Positions 39,739 to 48,335 of a stretch of 64,000 nt of DNA are shown one piece after another. A program made the translations under genes and the position numbers. This stretch comes from an uncultured archaeon (GTDB taxonomy: Archaea > Asgardarchaeota > Thorarchaeia > Thorarchaeales > Thorarchaeaceae): positions 317,568 to 381,567 of the forward strand of contig CAZLEV010000001.1 of the NCBI GenBank assembly GCA_964558645.1, given 5' to 3'. Position 1 is the stretch's first letter. Each line of letters begins with the position of its first letter. The notes below the pieces were generated by a model. That model made no database searches, had not been told where the DNA came from, and worked only from the letters and a program-made list of their open reading frames with translations.

Positions 39739-40638
39739 GTGATACGAATCGGGTATGCATGCATGAATACCTCTATCGAGTGTACATCGGCAAGCACCTT
39801 CAGGCTCGCTTCGTGGTCGGAGACGCGCTTCAAAGAGACCGTCAAGCAGAATCTCGACTGCTTGGAGAAGATCCTTCAGTGGAACATCAAGCATAACATT
39901 TACTTCTTTCGAATCACTTCAGACCTGATTCCTTTCGCGAGCCATCCTATCTGCTCTGTGGACTGGCAATCGATCTTTTCTGAGGGGTTTGCTCGAATAG
40001 GCGACTTCGTACGGGCAAACGGCATGAGAGTATCTATGCATCCTGGTCAGTACACTGTTCTTAATTCGAACCGGCATGATGTTGTCGAGAGGAGTATTCT
40101 CGAACTCGAATACCATACCAATGTTCTGAATCTCATGAATCAAGGCCCTGATGCCAAAATCGTCCTACACGTTGGAGGTGTCTATGGCGACCGGGAGAAT
40201 GCCATGAGGAGGTTCGTTGAGACCTATCAAGGTCTGCCGGATTCAGTAAAGGATCGGTTGATTATTGAGAACGATGAGCGGAGTTACACCGTCGCAGACT
40301 GTATCTCTATCCATGAAGAAACAGGTGTTCCCGTTGTGCTCGACAATCTGCATCACGAGGCAAACAATCATGGTGAGAGCATAGTCACTGCCTTCGAAAC
40401 GGTAAGGCGTAGTTGGACCTCGTCAGATGACCCTCCAATTGTTCATTACAGCACTCAAGAACCGGGCGGGCGGCCTGGAAAGCATGCTCTATCCATCGAT
40501 TCTCAACATTTTCAGACATTTCTCGATTCGTTTCGTAGATATGACTTCGATGTGATGCTGGAGGTCAAGGACAAAGAACGCTCTGCCATCGAAGGCATCA
40601 GGGTGCGAGAGATGATTGAGTCCTATAATGAAGCCTGA
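39739..40638 (+). CDS. uvsE: UV damage endonuclease UvsE/UVDE
   Basis: IGYAC, FFRITSDLIPFASHP, SMHPGQY..LNS, HVGG.YG, IENDE, DNLHH, VMLEVKDKE. Confidence 0.95.
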   Translation: MIRIGYACMNTSIECTSASTFRLASWSETRFKETVKQNLDCLEKILQWNIKHNIYFFRITSDLIPFASHPICSVDWQSIFSEGFARIGDFVRANGMRVSMHPGQYTVLNSNRHDVVERSILELEYHTNVLNLMNQGPDAKIVLHVGGVYGDRENAMRRFVETYQGLPDSVKDRLIIENDERSYTVADCISIHEETGVPVVLDNLHHEANNHGESIVTAFETVRRSWTSSDDPPIVHYSTQEPGGRPGKHALSIDSQHFQTFLDSFRRYDFDVMLEVKDKERSAIEGIRVREMIESYNEA

Positions 40639-40724
40639 AAAGCGGTCCTTTCACACATTGGTCTACCAGCAACAGAACTATATCTCCTACATTCAGTTCT
40701 GTTGTATCATAGGTTGAGTTTCAG

Positions 40725-41240
40725 ATGCGGCCGAAAGTCTACAAGGTGATTCTCGTTGGTGAGGGTGGTGTCGGCAAGACGAGTCTGGCCTTGCGATACA
40801 CAGACGACAGGTTCGAGCAAGACATGCGTATGACAATTGGGGTGAACTTCGCATCTAAGAAGGTCTGCACTGACATGGGCGACATCACTCTGCTACTCTG
40901 GGATCTCGGCGGCCAACCACGGTTCCAAGAAGTAGTGTCTGATTATTTTCGGGGGGCAAGTATGGGTGTGGCCGTCTTCGATGTGACTCGGAAGTTCACT
41001 CTGTATAGGCTAGACGATTGGATTGATCGGCTCAGAAAGGCGGCTCCTCAATGCAGACTGGTTCTTGTTGGGAATAAAATCGACGAGCGAGATGAGGGGG
41101 AAGGTGTGTCACCTGAAATGGGCCGCAGCCGCGCACAGGAACTGTCTGCGCCGTACTTCGAGGTATCAGCAAAGACCGGCGAACATGTAGATGAGATGTT
41201 CAACTATGTTGCTCGACGGCTCTGCCAGACCCAGATGTGA
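40725..41240 (+). CDS. Rab-like small GTPase (Ras superfamily)
   Basis: G1 GEGGVGKT, G2 TIGVNF, G3 WDLGGQ, YFRGA, G4 NKID, G5 SAK. Confidence 0.95.
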   Translation: MRPKVYKVILVGEGGVGKTSLALRYTDDRFEQDMRMTIGVNFASKKVCTDMGDITLLLWDLGGQPRFQEVVSDYFRGASMGVAVFDVTRKFTLYRLDDWIDRLRKAAPQCRLVLVGNKIDERDEGEGVSPEMGRSRAQELSAPYFEVSAKTGEHVDEMFNYVARRLCQTQM

Positions 41241-41248
41241 TAGGCTTT

Positions 41249-42616
41249 TCAGTCTTGCTTCTTAGTTAGAAGCCTGTCAAGTCTACCCGTCAAGCCCAAC
41301 CAGAAGAGAGCAATCGCAGCTGCCTGAATTGCGTAAACCAGATCAGTTCCAAGCATCTCCGGAAAGAGAGAGTAGAGTGATTTCACTGTCAGCATAATGA
41401 GAAGCCCGATAGACAGTCCTAAGGCTCGTAGTGCGGCACCGCCCTCTCTTCTTGCTCTGATGTACACCATTCCGAATATTGCGGCCGGAATGAGAAGAAG
41501 GAACATGATCCCGGCTCCGAATGATAAGAGGACCAGCGGATTATCAAGAGGATTCAGTGGATACGAGAACAACAGAACCATCATAGCTGGAACTGCTACC
41601 AGAACAGGCAAGAGAACTACGTTCTTCCATCCCGCAGCCAAAATCGCTGTTGCCGAGAAGGTAACGCCAAGTATTAACCCCATAACATAGTCAATGTAAA
41701 GCGCATTCACGAAGGTGACGTAACCTCGTGGGGCGATCAGGCCAACTAACTGACTTACTGCTGTCGTGCTTGTCCCAATTGTGAGTAGTGCAGTCGGAAT
41801 TGCCTTCGACTCCTTCCAACGTCCATAGAGAAACGCCGATGTTCCCGCGCCCATAGCTGCACCGGCAGCGCCGGTGGCGATAAGCAGTGCTGAAGATACA
41901 TCAGTACCTGTCAGTTGCGTTTGAACCATGGCCAGAACCACGGCGGGAGCTGCATACGCAGCACCGTAACCAATGATTTCAAGGGACAAGTTCATCTCCG
42001 GGCGGGCAAAGGCAAAGAAGATCATTGCTGGCCCCATAAGGACGAAGAACATCAGGACAATGATAACATCTGACCAGACAATGTGGTAGAGCAGATACAC
42101 ATGGGCAAGCTGGACAATCAGTGCTGCGGCAATCGACAGGCTTGTTGGTCGACGAGTCGCCCGTGCGATGTATCCAAAGAGAAGTGATTCGCCAAGAAGA
42201 AGCATCATGAGCATGACCTCCTGAAGCTGGATGATGCCTGGGAGCGTTGGGTATAGTGATGGGATGAAGACCGTGAGAAGGAGAACCAAAACAAACGCGC
42301 CAACACCCACGTAGTATGACATACGAGCATTCACAATCTTGAGGGCTGCACCCGCAATCACAATTGCTTCTATTATCATCATCAGTCTTGGGATGATTAG
42401 GGGATAGTAGATCCCAATGCTTGTTGCCAGCGAAATCCACATCATGGAGAGCCCATAGACAAAGAAGGCTCCTGCAATGATGTACAATAGCGATAGGGCT
42501 GACCTAGTTTCTTCATCAGCTGATACTGATCTTCTGTAGACATAATGCGACATTGATCCTACCGCAAATAGCATCGCGATGCCGACATAGAACAGGTTGG
42601 TTTCATATATTGTCAA
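41249..42616 (-). CDS. Polytopic membrane protein with about 15 TM helices, apparently 7TM + linker TM + 7TM
   Basis: Hydropathy read by eye; the two halves share corresponding motifs and basic loops. Confidence 0.7.
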   Translation of the reverse strand: MTIYETNLFYVGIAMLFAVGSMSHYVYRRSVSADEETRSALSLLYIIAGAFFVYGLSMMWISLATSIGIYYPLIIPRLMMIIEAIVIAGAALKIVNARMSYYVGVGAFVLVLLLTVFIPSLYPTLPGIIQLQEVMLMMLLLGESLLFGYIARATRRPTSLSIAAALIVQLAHVYLLYHIVWSDVIIVLMFFVLMGPAMIFFAFARPEMNLSLEIIGYGAAYAAPAVVLAMVQTQLTGTDVSSALLIATGAAGAAMGAGTSAFLYGRWKESKAIPTALLTIGTSTTAVSQLVGLIAPRGYVTFVNALYIDYVMGLILGVTFSATAILAAGWKNVVLLPVLVAVPAMMVLLFSYPLNPLDNPLVLLSFGAGIMFLLLIPAAIFGMVYIRARREGGAALRALGLSIGLLIMLTVKSLYSLFPEMLGTDLVYAIQAAAIALFWLGLTGRLDRLLTKKQD

Positions 42617-42628
42617 GACTTGTTCCTC

Positions 42629-43069
42629 CTAGAATACTCTCTTACCCCACTCTTTTGCCTGACTCTTTAGACTGTCAAGCTCCTTTTCGATATCCGATTT
42701 CATCTCTTCCCTACCCTCCTTTGTGAGTGCCTCGGTCTCAATCATCTCTTTCGCAAGCGTGAGCACGCCGTCGTTGAGACCATGTTTCACTCGGTTTCGG
42801 ATGAGTTCAGTTACTGCTCGGTTTTTTGCTTCTGCATCTGAATCATCTTCGCTGTGCAACGTGACGATGTAGTTATCTCCAGCCGTGGATATGAGCAACC
42901 GCGTCTTTCCGAACTTGAGTTCTTTCACCTGGTTTCCCGATATCCTCTGAACGAAGACCTGAATAGCCGATAGGAATCCTCCGAACAGCGCTGTGTCTCC
43001 TCTGAGTGAGTCGAATCCCACCGATGCGACCGTTACCCCTGCTTCGTCTACAACGCATATGCCTTCCAA
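42629..43069 (-). CDS. Longin/roadblock-like domain protein
   Basis: ICVVDEAGVTV (two strands), D.ALFGGFLSAI..F helix, three strands, then helices: the longin-fold pattern. Confidence 0.7.
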   Translation of the reverse strand: MEGICVVDEAGVTVASVGFDSLRGDTALFGGFLSAIQVFVQRISGNQVKELKFGKTRLLISTAGDNYIVTLHSEDDSDAEAKNRAVTELIRNRVKHGLNDGVLTLAKEMIETEALTKEGREEMKSDIEKELDSLKSQAKEWGKRVF

Positions 43070-43118
43070 CGTGGTGACCTCGATGATGTTTTACACTGAA
43101 TGATTCATCGCCAGCATG

Positions 43119-43379
43119 TCAGAGTGTGTCGAGCCAGCTCTTAGTTTTGGCAACCCCATCCACCTTTTCGCTCTTTGCTTCTGCTGCGGCCTCTACATCC
43201 CGCACCTGAAAGTTCGCATCCACAAAGGCAACTAGCGCATGGCCCTTCTCGCACCTGCATGTGACCATGACAGGATGTCGTCTTGCGCTGAGAATCGTAG
43301 TGTCCTCAACCTCAAGCCGGACAAGAGTTCCATCGGCACATGTTGGGCATGAGAAAGGTTGTAGTATTCTTATGGCCAA
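43119..43379 (-). CDS. Small Zn-binding protein (CxxC...CxC...H) with FVDANFQVR motif
   Basis: CPTC, CRCEKGH; co-oriented with the longin-like and 7TM genes. Confidence 0.7.
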   Translation of the reverse strand: MAIRILQPFSCPTCADGTLVRLEVEDTTILSARRHPVMVTCRCEKGHALVAFVDANFQVRDVEAAAEAKSEKVDGVAKTKSWLDTL

Positions 43380-43455
43380 TTTCTGACCCTCTCACTAGGT
43401 GTTGCTGACCCAGATGAAGGATACAGAGCACCGTTTAATCACTTTCTCTTATGTC

Positions 43456-44886
43456 CTAATGATTGTGATGATGGTGATGCTCCTCACCCAGAGGTTGCAT
43501 TCGTCCGAACGCACGTTGCACAATCTCCGGCAATGCTGGATGGATGTGCATGGCCCTAAAGACAGGAACATAGGACCTCCTCTCTGTGTACATCAAGTTG
43601 ATGACCTCTTGGATGAGAATTGGTGCATGGGGTCCTATGATGGTAGCACCGAGGATTTCTTGGGTCTCTGCATCACATATCACTCGAGCAAATCCGGGCG
43701 GGTATCCCATGGCGGCACCTTTGGCAACATCTCCGTAGCCTGCCTTTCCTACGAGGAGACTTCGGTCTGTGGTTTTTGCCTCGGCTAGAGTCATCCCTAC
43801 AGTGGCAATCTGAGGGTTGCTGAACACCGCTCTGGGAACTGCATGATAGCTCATGGAGAGGAGCTCAGGTTCCTCATCCTTTTTCGCATTCATTGTCTGC
43901 TGGATATTGTACCACACGACCTGTGACTCATCGTTTGCCACGTGGCGAAACATATGACGACCTATTGCGTCACCAAAAGCCCAGATTCCTGTCTTTGTTG
44001 TCCTGAAGTAGTCATCGACTTTGATGAAGCCGTGATCATCTGTGTCAACTCCAGTATTCTTGGGTTTGAAGAGGTCTGCGTTTGACCGCCGTCCTGCTGC
44101 TATCAGAATGTGTTCTGCATGGAACTCGGTTTCATTGCCGTCAGAGCGATTCTTGGCAACGATGATCTTCTCTTCGCCCTCTTCTCGTGCCTCAGTGACT
44201 TCCCAGTTGGTGAATACCTTCATTCTTTTCGATAACTCATCCTTGAGTAGTTCTGAGACATCTTGGTCCTCATTCTTAACAAGATACGGATTCCTGCCGA
44301 CTATTGTTACATCGGTTCCCACTGCAGAGAAGAAATGCCCAAGCTCGGCTGCAATGTACCCTCCGCCAACGATGATCATGGAGTCGGGTTTTTCCTTCAG
44401 CTCAAGGACGGTCTTATTTGTTAGGTACTCGATATCCTCAATTCCCTTGATTGGCGGAATGAGTGGCCGTGAACCCGCAGCAAGTACGATGATGGGCGCG
44501 GTGATCTTCTCATCTCCTACTTTCATCACATGATCCTCCACAAACTCTCCGGTCACCTGATACCAGTCGTAGCCCTCTACGGACCGAATCGATTCGCCCA
44601 TCTTCTCCGCCTCGCCCAGAGTTTCTTCTCTCATGCGGTTCATGAGTTTCTCAAAATCAACTGAGTTCACTTCTGCGCGAAGATTGATTCTCTCGGCATG
44701 CTGTATCTGTGTAATCGTGTCGGCGACATAGGTGAGTATCTTTGTGGGAATACATCCCCGCAACAGGCATGTGCCTCCGAGCGCCCCCCTCTCGACCAGG
44801 GCCACTTCCATGCCTTGTTCGAAGGCGGCCGAAGCGATATTCATGCCAGCACCTGCACCGAGAACCATCATGTCGTATTCTTTCAT
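43456..44886 (-). CDS. Flavoprotein disulfide reductase (lipoamide dehydrogenase family, mycothione reductase-like) with His-rich C-terminal tail
   Basis: GAGAG, GGTCLLRGCIPTK, GGGYIAAE, HVAN.E, HIHPALPE, tail EEHHHHHNH. Confidence 0.88.
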   Translation of the reverse strand: MKEYDMMVLGAGAGMNIASAAFEQGMEVALVERGALGGTCLLRGCIPTKILTYVADTITQIQHAERINLRAEVNSVDFEKLMNRMREETLGEAEKMGESIRSVEGYDWYQVTGEFVEDHVMKVGDEKITAPIIVLAAGSRPLIPPIKGIEDIEYLTNKTVLELKEKPDSMIIVGGGYIAAELGHFFSAVGTDVTIVGRNPYLVKNEDQDVSELLKDELSKRMKVFTNWEVTEAREEGEEKIIVAKNRSDGNETEFHAEHILIAAGRRSNADLFKPKNTGVDTDDHGFIKVDDYFRTTKTGIWAFGDAIGRHMFRHVANDESQVVWYNIQQTMNAKKDEEPELLSMSYHAVPRAVFSNPQIATVGMTLAEAKTTDRSLLVGKAGYGDVAKGAAMGYPPGFARVICDAETQEILGATIIGPHAPILIQEVINLMYTERRSYVPVFRAMHIHPALPEIVQRAFGRMQPLGEEHHHHHNH

Positions 44887-44952
44887 ATCTCTCTCAGTTC
44901 GTAATGTAGCTGATAAGGCTGGTGATATCTGTCTCAAGGGAAAGGCAATGCT

Positions 44953-45900
44953 TCATGCCTCATGAGAAACATTCTGTTCTTTGTCGTCGGATTGCCTATA
45001 TCGGTATACTACAATGGCCAGTATGATGATGGGCGCAGAAATCGCTATTCCAATCAGACGTGAGTCGACGGCGGTCGTCTGAACCTCATCGCACGCCAGC
45101 GATAGTTCCCCCGCATACATATCCATCATGACCGGTTCAGGAGCGGAGCCATTGCAGAGTTCCTCGTACTCGGGAAATGCAGGGAAGACAGTTTCTACGA
45201 TATACTCTTGGGTCTGTGGAAGCGCAAACAGAAAGGCCTCTTCAACGCTCACATCTCCATTCCCATCGGCATCTGCGCTTTCATTCAAGAACGCTGAAGT
45301 GAAGAAATGGTTGAAGACCTCTCCAATCACCGGTAGATTCTCCTCTGGAATGCCGGCCCAAGCCAACTCGTCTCTCTTCACCGACCCAACGCGAATCTCG
45401 GATCCAGCACCAGGGATTCCGGCTATGAACTCGCCAGCGCTGCACGCCGAGAAGACCATAAGTCTCTTTGCACTCGGAATCTCTTCCCATGCTGCTCCAA
45501 CAGCAATTCCATCACCTATGACAGTTCTCAACCAGTTTCCGTGAGAGAAGACGAAAAGAACAACAACATCATTGTCGTCAGATTTCTCTACGAGCCACTC
45601 AATCCCGTCCACCAACCCGGGACGCGTGATTTCTCCACGGAGGATGTTGATGTGACTGGCAGGCCATCCAAGTGAACGAAGTGTGTCATCCCATTTCTCA
45701 CTGTCGGCATAGCCGGTTGGAATGTCGCTCCAGCCCTCTGGATAGTAGAGCATCTCCATAATGACTGCCCACCCTTCAACTGGATTTGAATGTGCAGAAA
45801 CAGACTGTACTAATAGAGGTGATAACCCGTGAGCGAACAAGAGCCCAATCACCATAGTGAGGGCCAATCTTCTCTTGCTATTGGAGGGCACAGGATTCAT
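44953..45900 (-). CDS. Secreted, C-terminally anchored caspase-like (clan CD) cysteine peptidase
   Basis: Signal peptide; VVLFVFSHG and VFSACSAG (His/Cys dyad); DADGNGDVSVEE Ca-binding loop; C-terminal TM. Confidence 0.75.
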   Translation of the reverse strand: MNPVPSNSKRRLALTMVIGLLFAHGLSPLLVQSVSAHSNPVEGWAVIMEMLYYPEGWSDIPTGYADSEKWDDTLRSLGWPASHINILRGEITRPGLVDGIEWLVEKSDDNDVVVLFVFSHGNWLRTVIGDGIAVGAAWEEIPSAKRLMVFSACSAGEFIAGIPGAGSEIRVGSVKRDELAWAGIPEENLPVIGEVFNHFFTSAFLNESADADGNGDVSVEEAFLFALPQTQEYIVETVFPAFPEYEELCNGSAPEPVMMDMYAGELSLACDEVQTTAVDSRLIGIAISAPIIILAIVVYRYRQSDDKEQNVSHEA

Positions 45901-46150
45901 GGTCTGAGTTTCCGTTTGACTCTAGTAATGGTACCTTCTCTGCGAAAATAAACCTTCCAGCTCTTCTCTTTCCCAGCATACTTCAACAGATTCAGCTACC
46001 CCCATTCCCTCTATGGGCAGTCCCGTTCTATATGAAATCAATCCTTCGTTCAGGCGTGCCAGAATTGTGTGGTCTGTGGCACAACAAGCTTTACAATCTC
46101 TGGTTACATAGTCAGAACAGTACGCTTGTTGTGTTGAGGTGTGGCGGGAC

Positions 46151-48277
46151 ATGCGAAGCAAAAGGCGATTGACCTCTCTGTTCTTATTCACAGTCCTCAT
46201 CATGTTTCTCGTAGCCACAGGGTTTCCGAGAATAACCAACGCCACAAGACTGAATTCTTCACTTGCTGGACCGTACGTGAACAAGCTCCAGTACAGAGTA
46301 ATCGGGGGGAATGATAATCTGGTGGAAGCAATTCTGGATGACAGGATAGACTTGATCGACGATACCATTCCAGAAGCTTCTCTTGCCGCGCTTGAACAGT
46401 CGGACGACATAGTCGTTTCAAAGAACCTGAAAAACAGCTATGGAATGTTTGTGATCAACTGCGAGAAGTACCCCCTGAATATCACGGCTTTCAGACGAGC
46501 AGCCGCATTCGCTCTTGATAAGCGAGCATTGTCAGCTGAAGTGCTTGATGGCCAAAGCGAGCCGCTCGATTCTTGTGTACCAAAGATCAACCCCTTGTCC
46601 GTCGAAGGCATGCTTGACTATTCTTACTACGACCAACAGTTGTACAAAGGGAATAGCTTACTTTATCACGCAGGTTTCTACGATGTTGATGGGGATGGGT
46701 ACCGCGAGGCTCCGGACGGCACTAGTTTCAGCGTAATGATCGAAGTAGATGAAATGTCTGCTGAGGCCATCACTGCTGGCGAATTCTTGGAGGAGGCCCT
46801 ACAGTCACTTTCTATTGATGCTCGGTTCGTTCTTCGATACTACTACGAATATCTATCAAGGCTGTATTATCACGGTGATTATGATATAGCTTTCAAGTCC
46901 ATGAGTCGGGGAGAGGAGAATCTCGGCGTTCAGTGGCTTGCATACGAATTTGCATCTCAATATGCTGATGTGGACTACTGGAACTCGCCAAACTTCAGGA
47001 ATGAAACATACGATTACTGGGCAGACAGACTCCTCTACTCAGTTGACTATGAGGATATCAAACTGGCTGCCGCTGAGATGCAGAAGATCTGGATATATGA
47101 GTCACCCGGCATAGTCTGCTATGAGCCTTATTTCTGCAACGCCTATCGGACTGACAGATTCGAGGGATTTGTGTCAACTCCTGTGGAGGGTATGGCCAGT
47201 TGGTGGACGAACTACCGAGTTTACTTGAAGCAAGCTAGGGATCATCCTTTCGGTGGAACGCTCCGGATTAGTTCGTCCTATGACCGTGGTTCCACTTTCA
47301 ATATGTTCACTCTGGCTGATGCAATCGGATATCGTCAACCATTGCCCCTGTATGACACTCTCATCACAGCCGATGTGAATGGCTATGATATCCCGTGGTT
47401 GGCTGAGTCAGTGATGGTTCAGACCCACTCTGACAATCCATTGGTACCTGAAGGATACACACGTTTCAGAGTGGATATTGTTCAGAATGCAACCTGGACT
47501 GATGGCCGTGCCCTGACTGCTGAAGATGTTGCGTTTTCTTTCAACTACTATCGGGATGCACCGGGGCACCCCTATGGGCCGTCATTGAGCGAGCTCCGTG
47601 CCTGTTACTCGATGACAGATACTTCTTTGATCATGGAATTCGAATCCGAGTCGTATTGGCATGTCCACACGATAAGCACCTTACCAATCATCCCGAAACA
47701 TATCTTCGTAGAGGTTGACCTAGAAGGATGGTCGGACTGGAGTCCTAATCCCCCTGATGAAGAGATGACCACTTCGGGTCCATTCAATGTATCAGCTTAC
47801 GCTGAATCTGATTATCTTGAGCTGGTAGCAAACCAAGACTACTTCAGAAGACCGGGTAATTGGCCGTCTCCATATCGACCTTTGCCCACTATACAATCTT
47901 CACCGCGCGTTATCGTGCCTTCTGATTCAGTCGGCTTTACCCTCAACTGGTCAATCGAGAACGGGACTGGCTCAGAATATACTATCTATGTCAACTCAGC
48001 CTCGGAGGACACGGGAACCATCACCTCCAGTCATCAAGTGATTGTCTTGTCACTTGATAGTCTTGATCCGGGTTCTTACAATTGCACAATAGAAGTCATC
48101 ACATCATACAGGTACACGCTTTCGGATACTGTATGGGTCCCCGTCCAAGGGCCGAAGGACGAAGGGATCGAGGAACTGTCTTGGCTAATCAACCCTGTAA
48201 GCTTCGCAGTAACTGTTGCTTCTCTCCTAGTGATCTTTCTGGTAAGCACGAAGGCCTTGTTGGAACATCGAACGTGA
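46151..48277 (+). CDS. Family-5 (peptide/nickel) ABC solute-binding protein, circularly permuted, with Ig-like domain and C-terminal TM anchor
   Basis: SBP_bac_5 motifs GGTL, LYDTL, PWLAES, WTDG..LTAEDVAFS, GPF lie C-terminal to the PYV..., FRRA...A.D and AGF motifs. Confidence 0.85.
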   Translation: MRSKRRLTSLFLFTVLIMFLVATGFPRITNATRLNSSLAGPYVNKLQYRVIGGNDNLVEAILDDRIDLIDDTIPEASLAALEQSDDIVVSKNLKNSYGMFVINCEKYPLNITAFRRAAAFALDKRALSAEVLDGQSEPLDSCVPKINPLSVEGMLDYSYYDQQLYKGNSLLYHAGFYDVDGDGYREAPDGTSFSVMIEVDEMSAEAITAGEFLEEALQSLSIDARFVLRYYYEYLSRLYYHGDYDIAFKSMSRGEENLGVQWLAYEFASQYADVDYWNSPNFRNETYDYWADRLLYSVDYEDIKLAAAEMQKIWIYESPGIVCYEPYFCNAYRTDRFEGFVSTPVEGMASWWTNYRVYLKQARDHPFGGTLRISSSYDRGSTFNMFTLADAIGYRQPLPLYDTLITADVNGYDIPWLAESVMVQTHSDNPLVPEGYTRFRVDIVQNATWTDGRALTAEDVAFSFNYYRDAPGHPYGPSLSELRACYSMTDTSLIMEFESESYWHVHTISTLPIIPKHIFVEVDLEGWSDWSPNPPDEEMTTSGPFNVSAYAESDYLELVANQDYFRRPGNWPSPYRPLPTIQSSPRVIVPSDSVGFTLNWSIENGTGSEYTIYVNSASEDTGTITSSHQVIVLSLDSLDPGSYNCTIEVITSYRYTLSDTVWVPVQGPKDEGIEELSWLINPVSFAVTVASLLVIFLVSTKALLEHRT

Positions 48278-48335
48278 GAGCCATGCCATTACCGCCTAAC
48301 GGAGGACAGGTCTCTGGTGACGAGAGTCTACCGTT

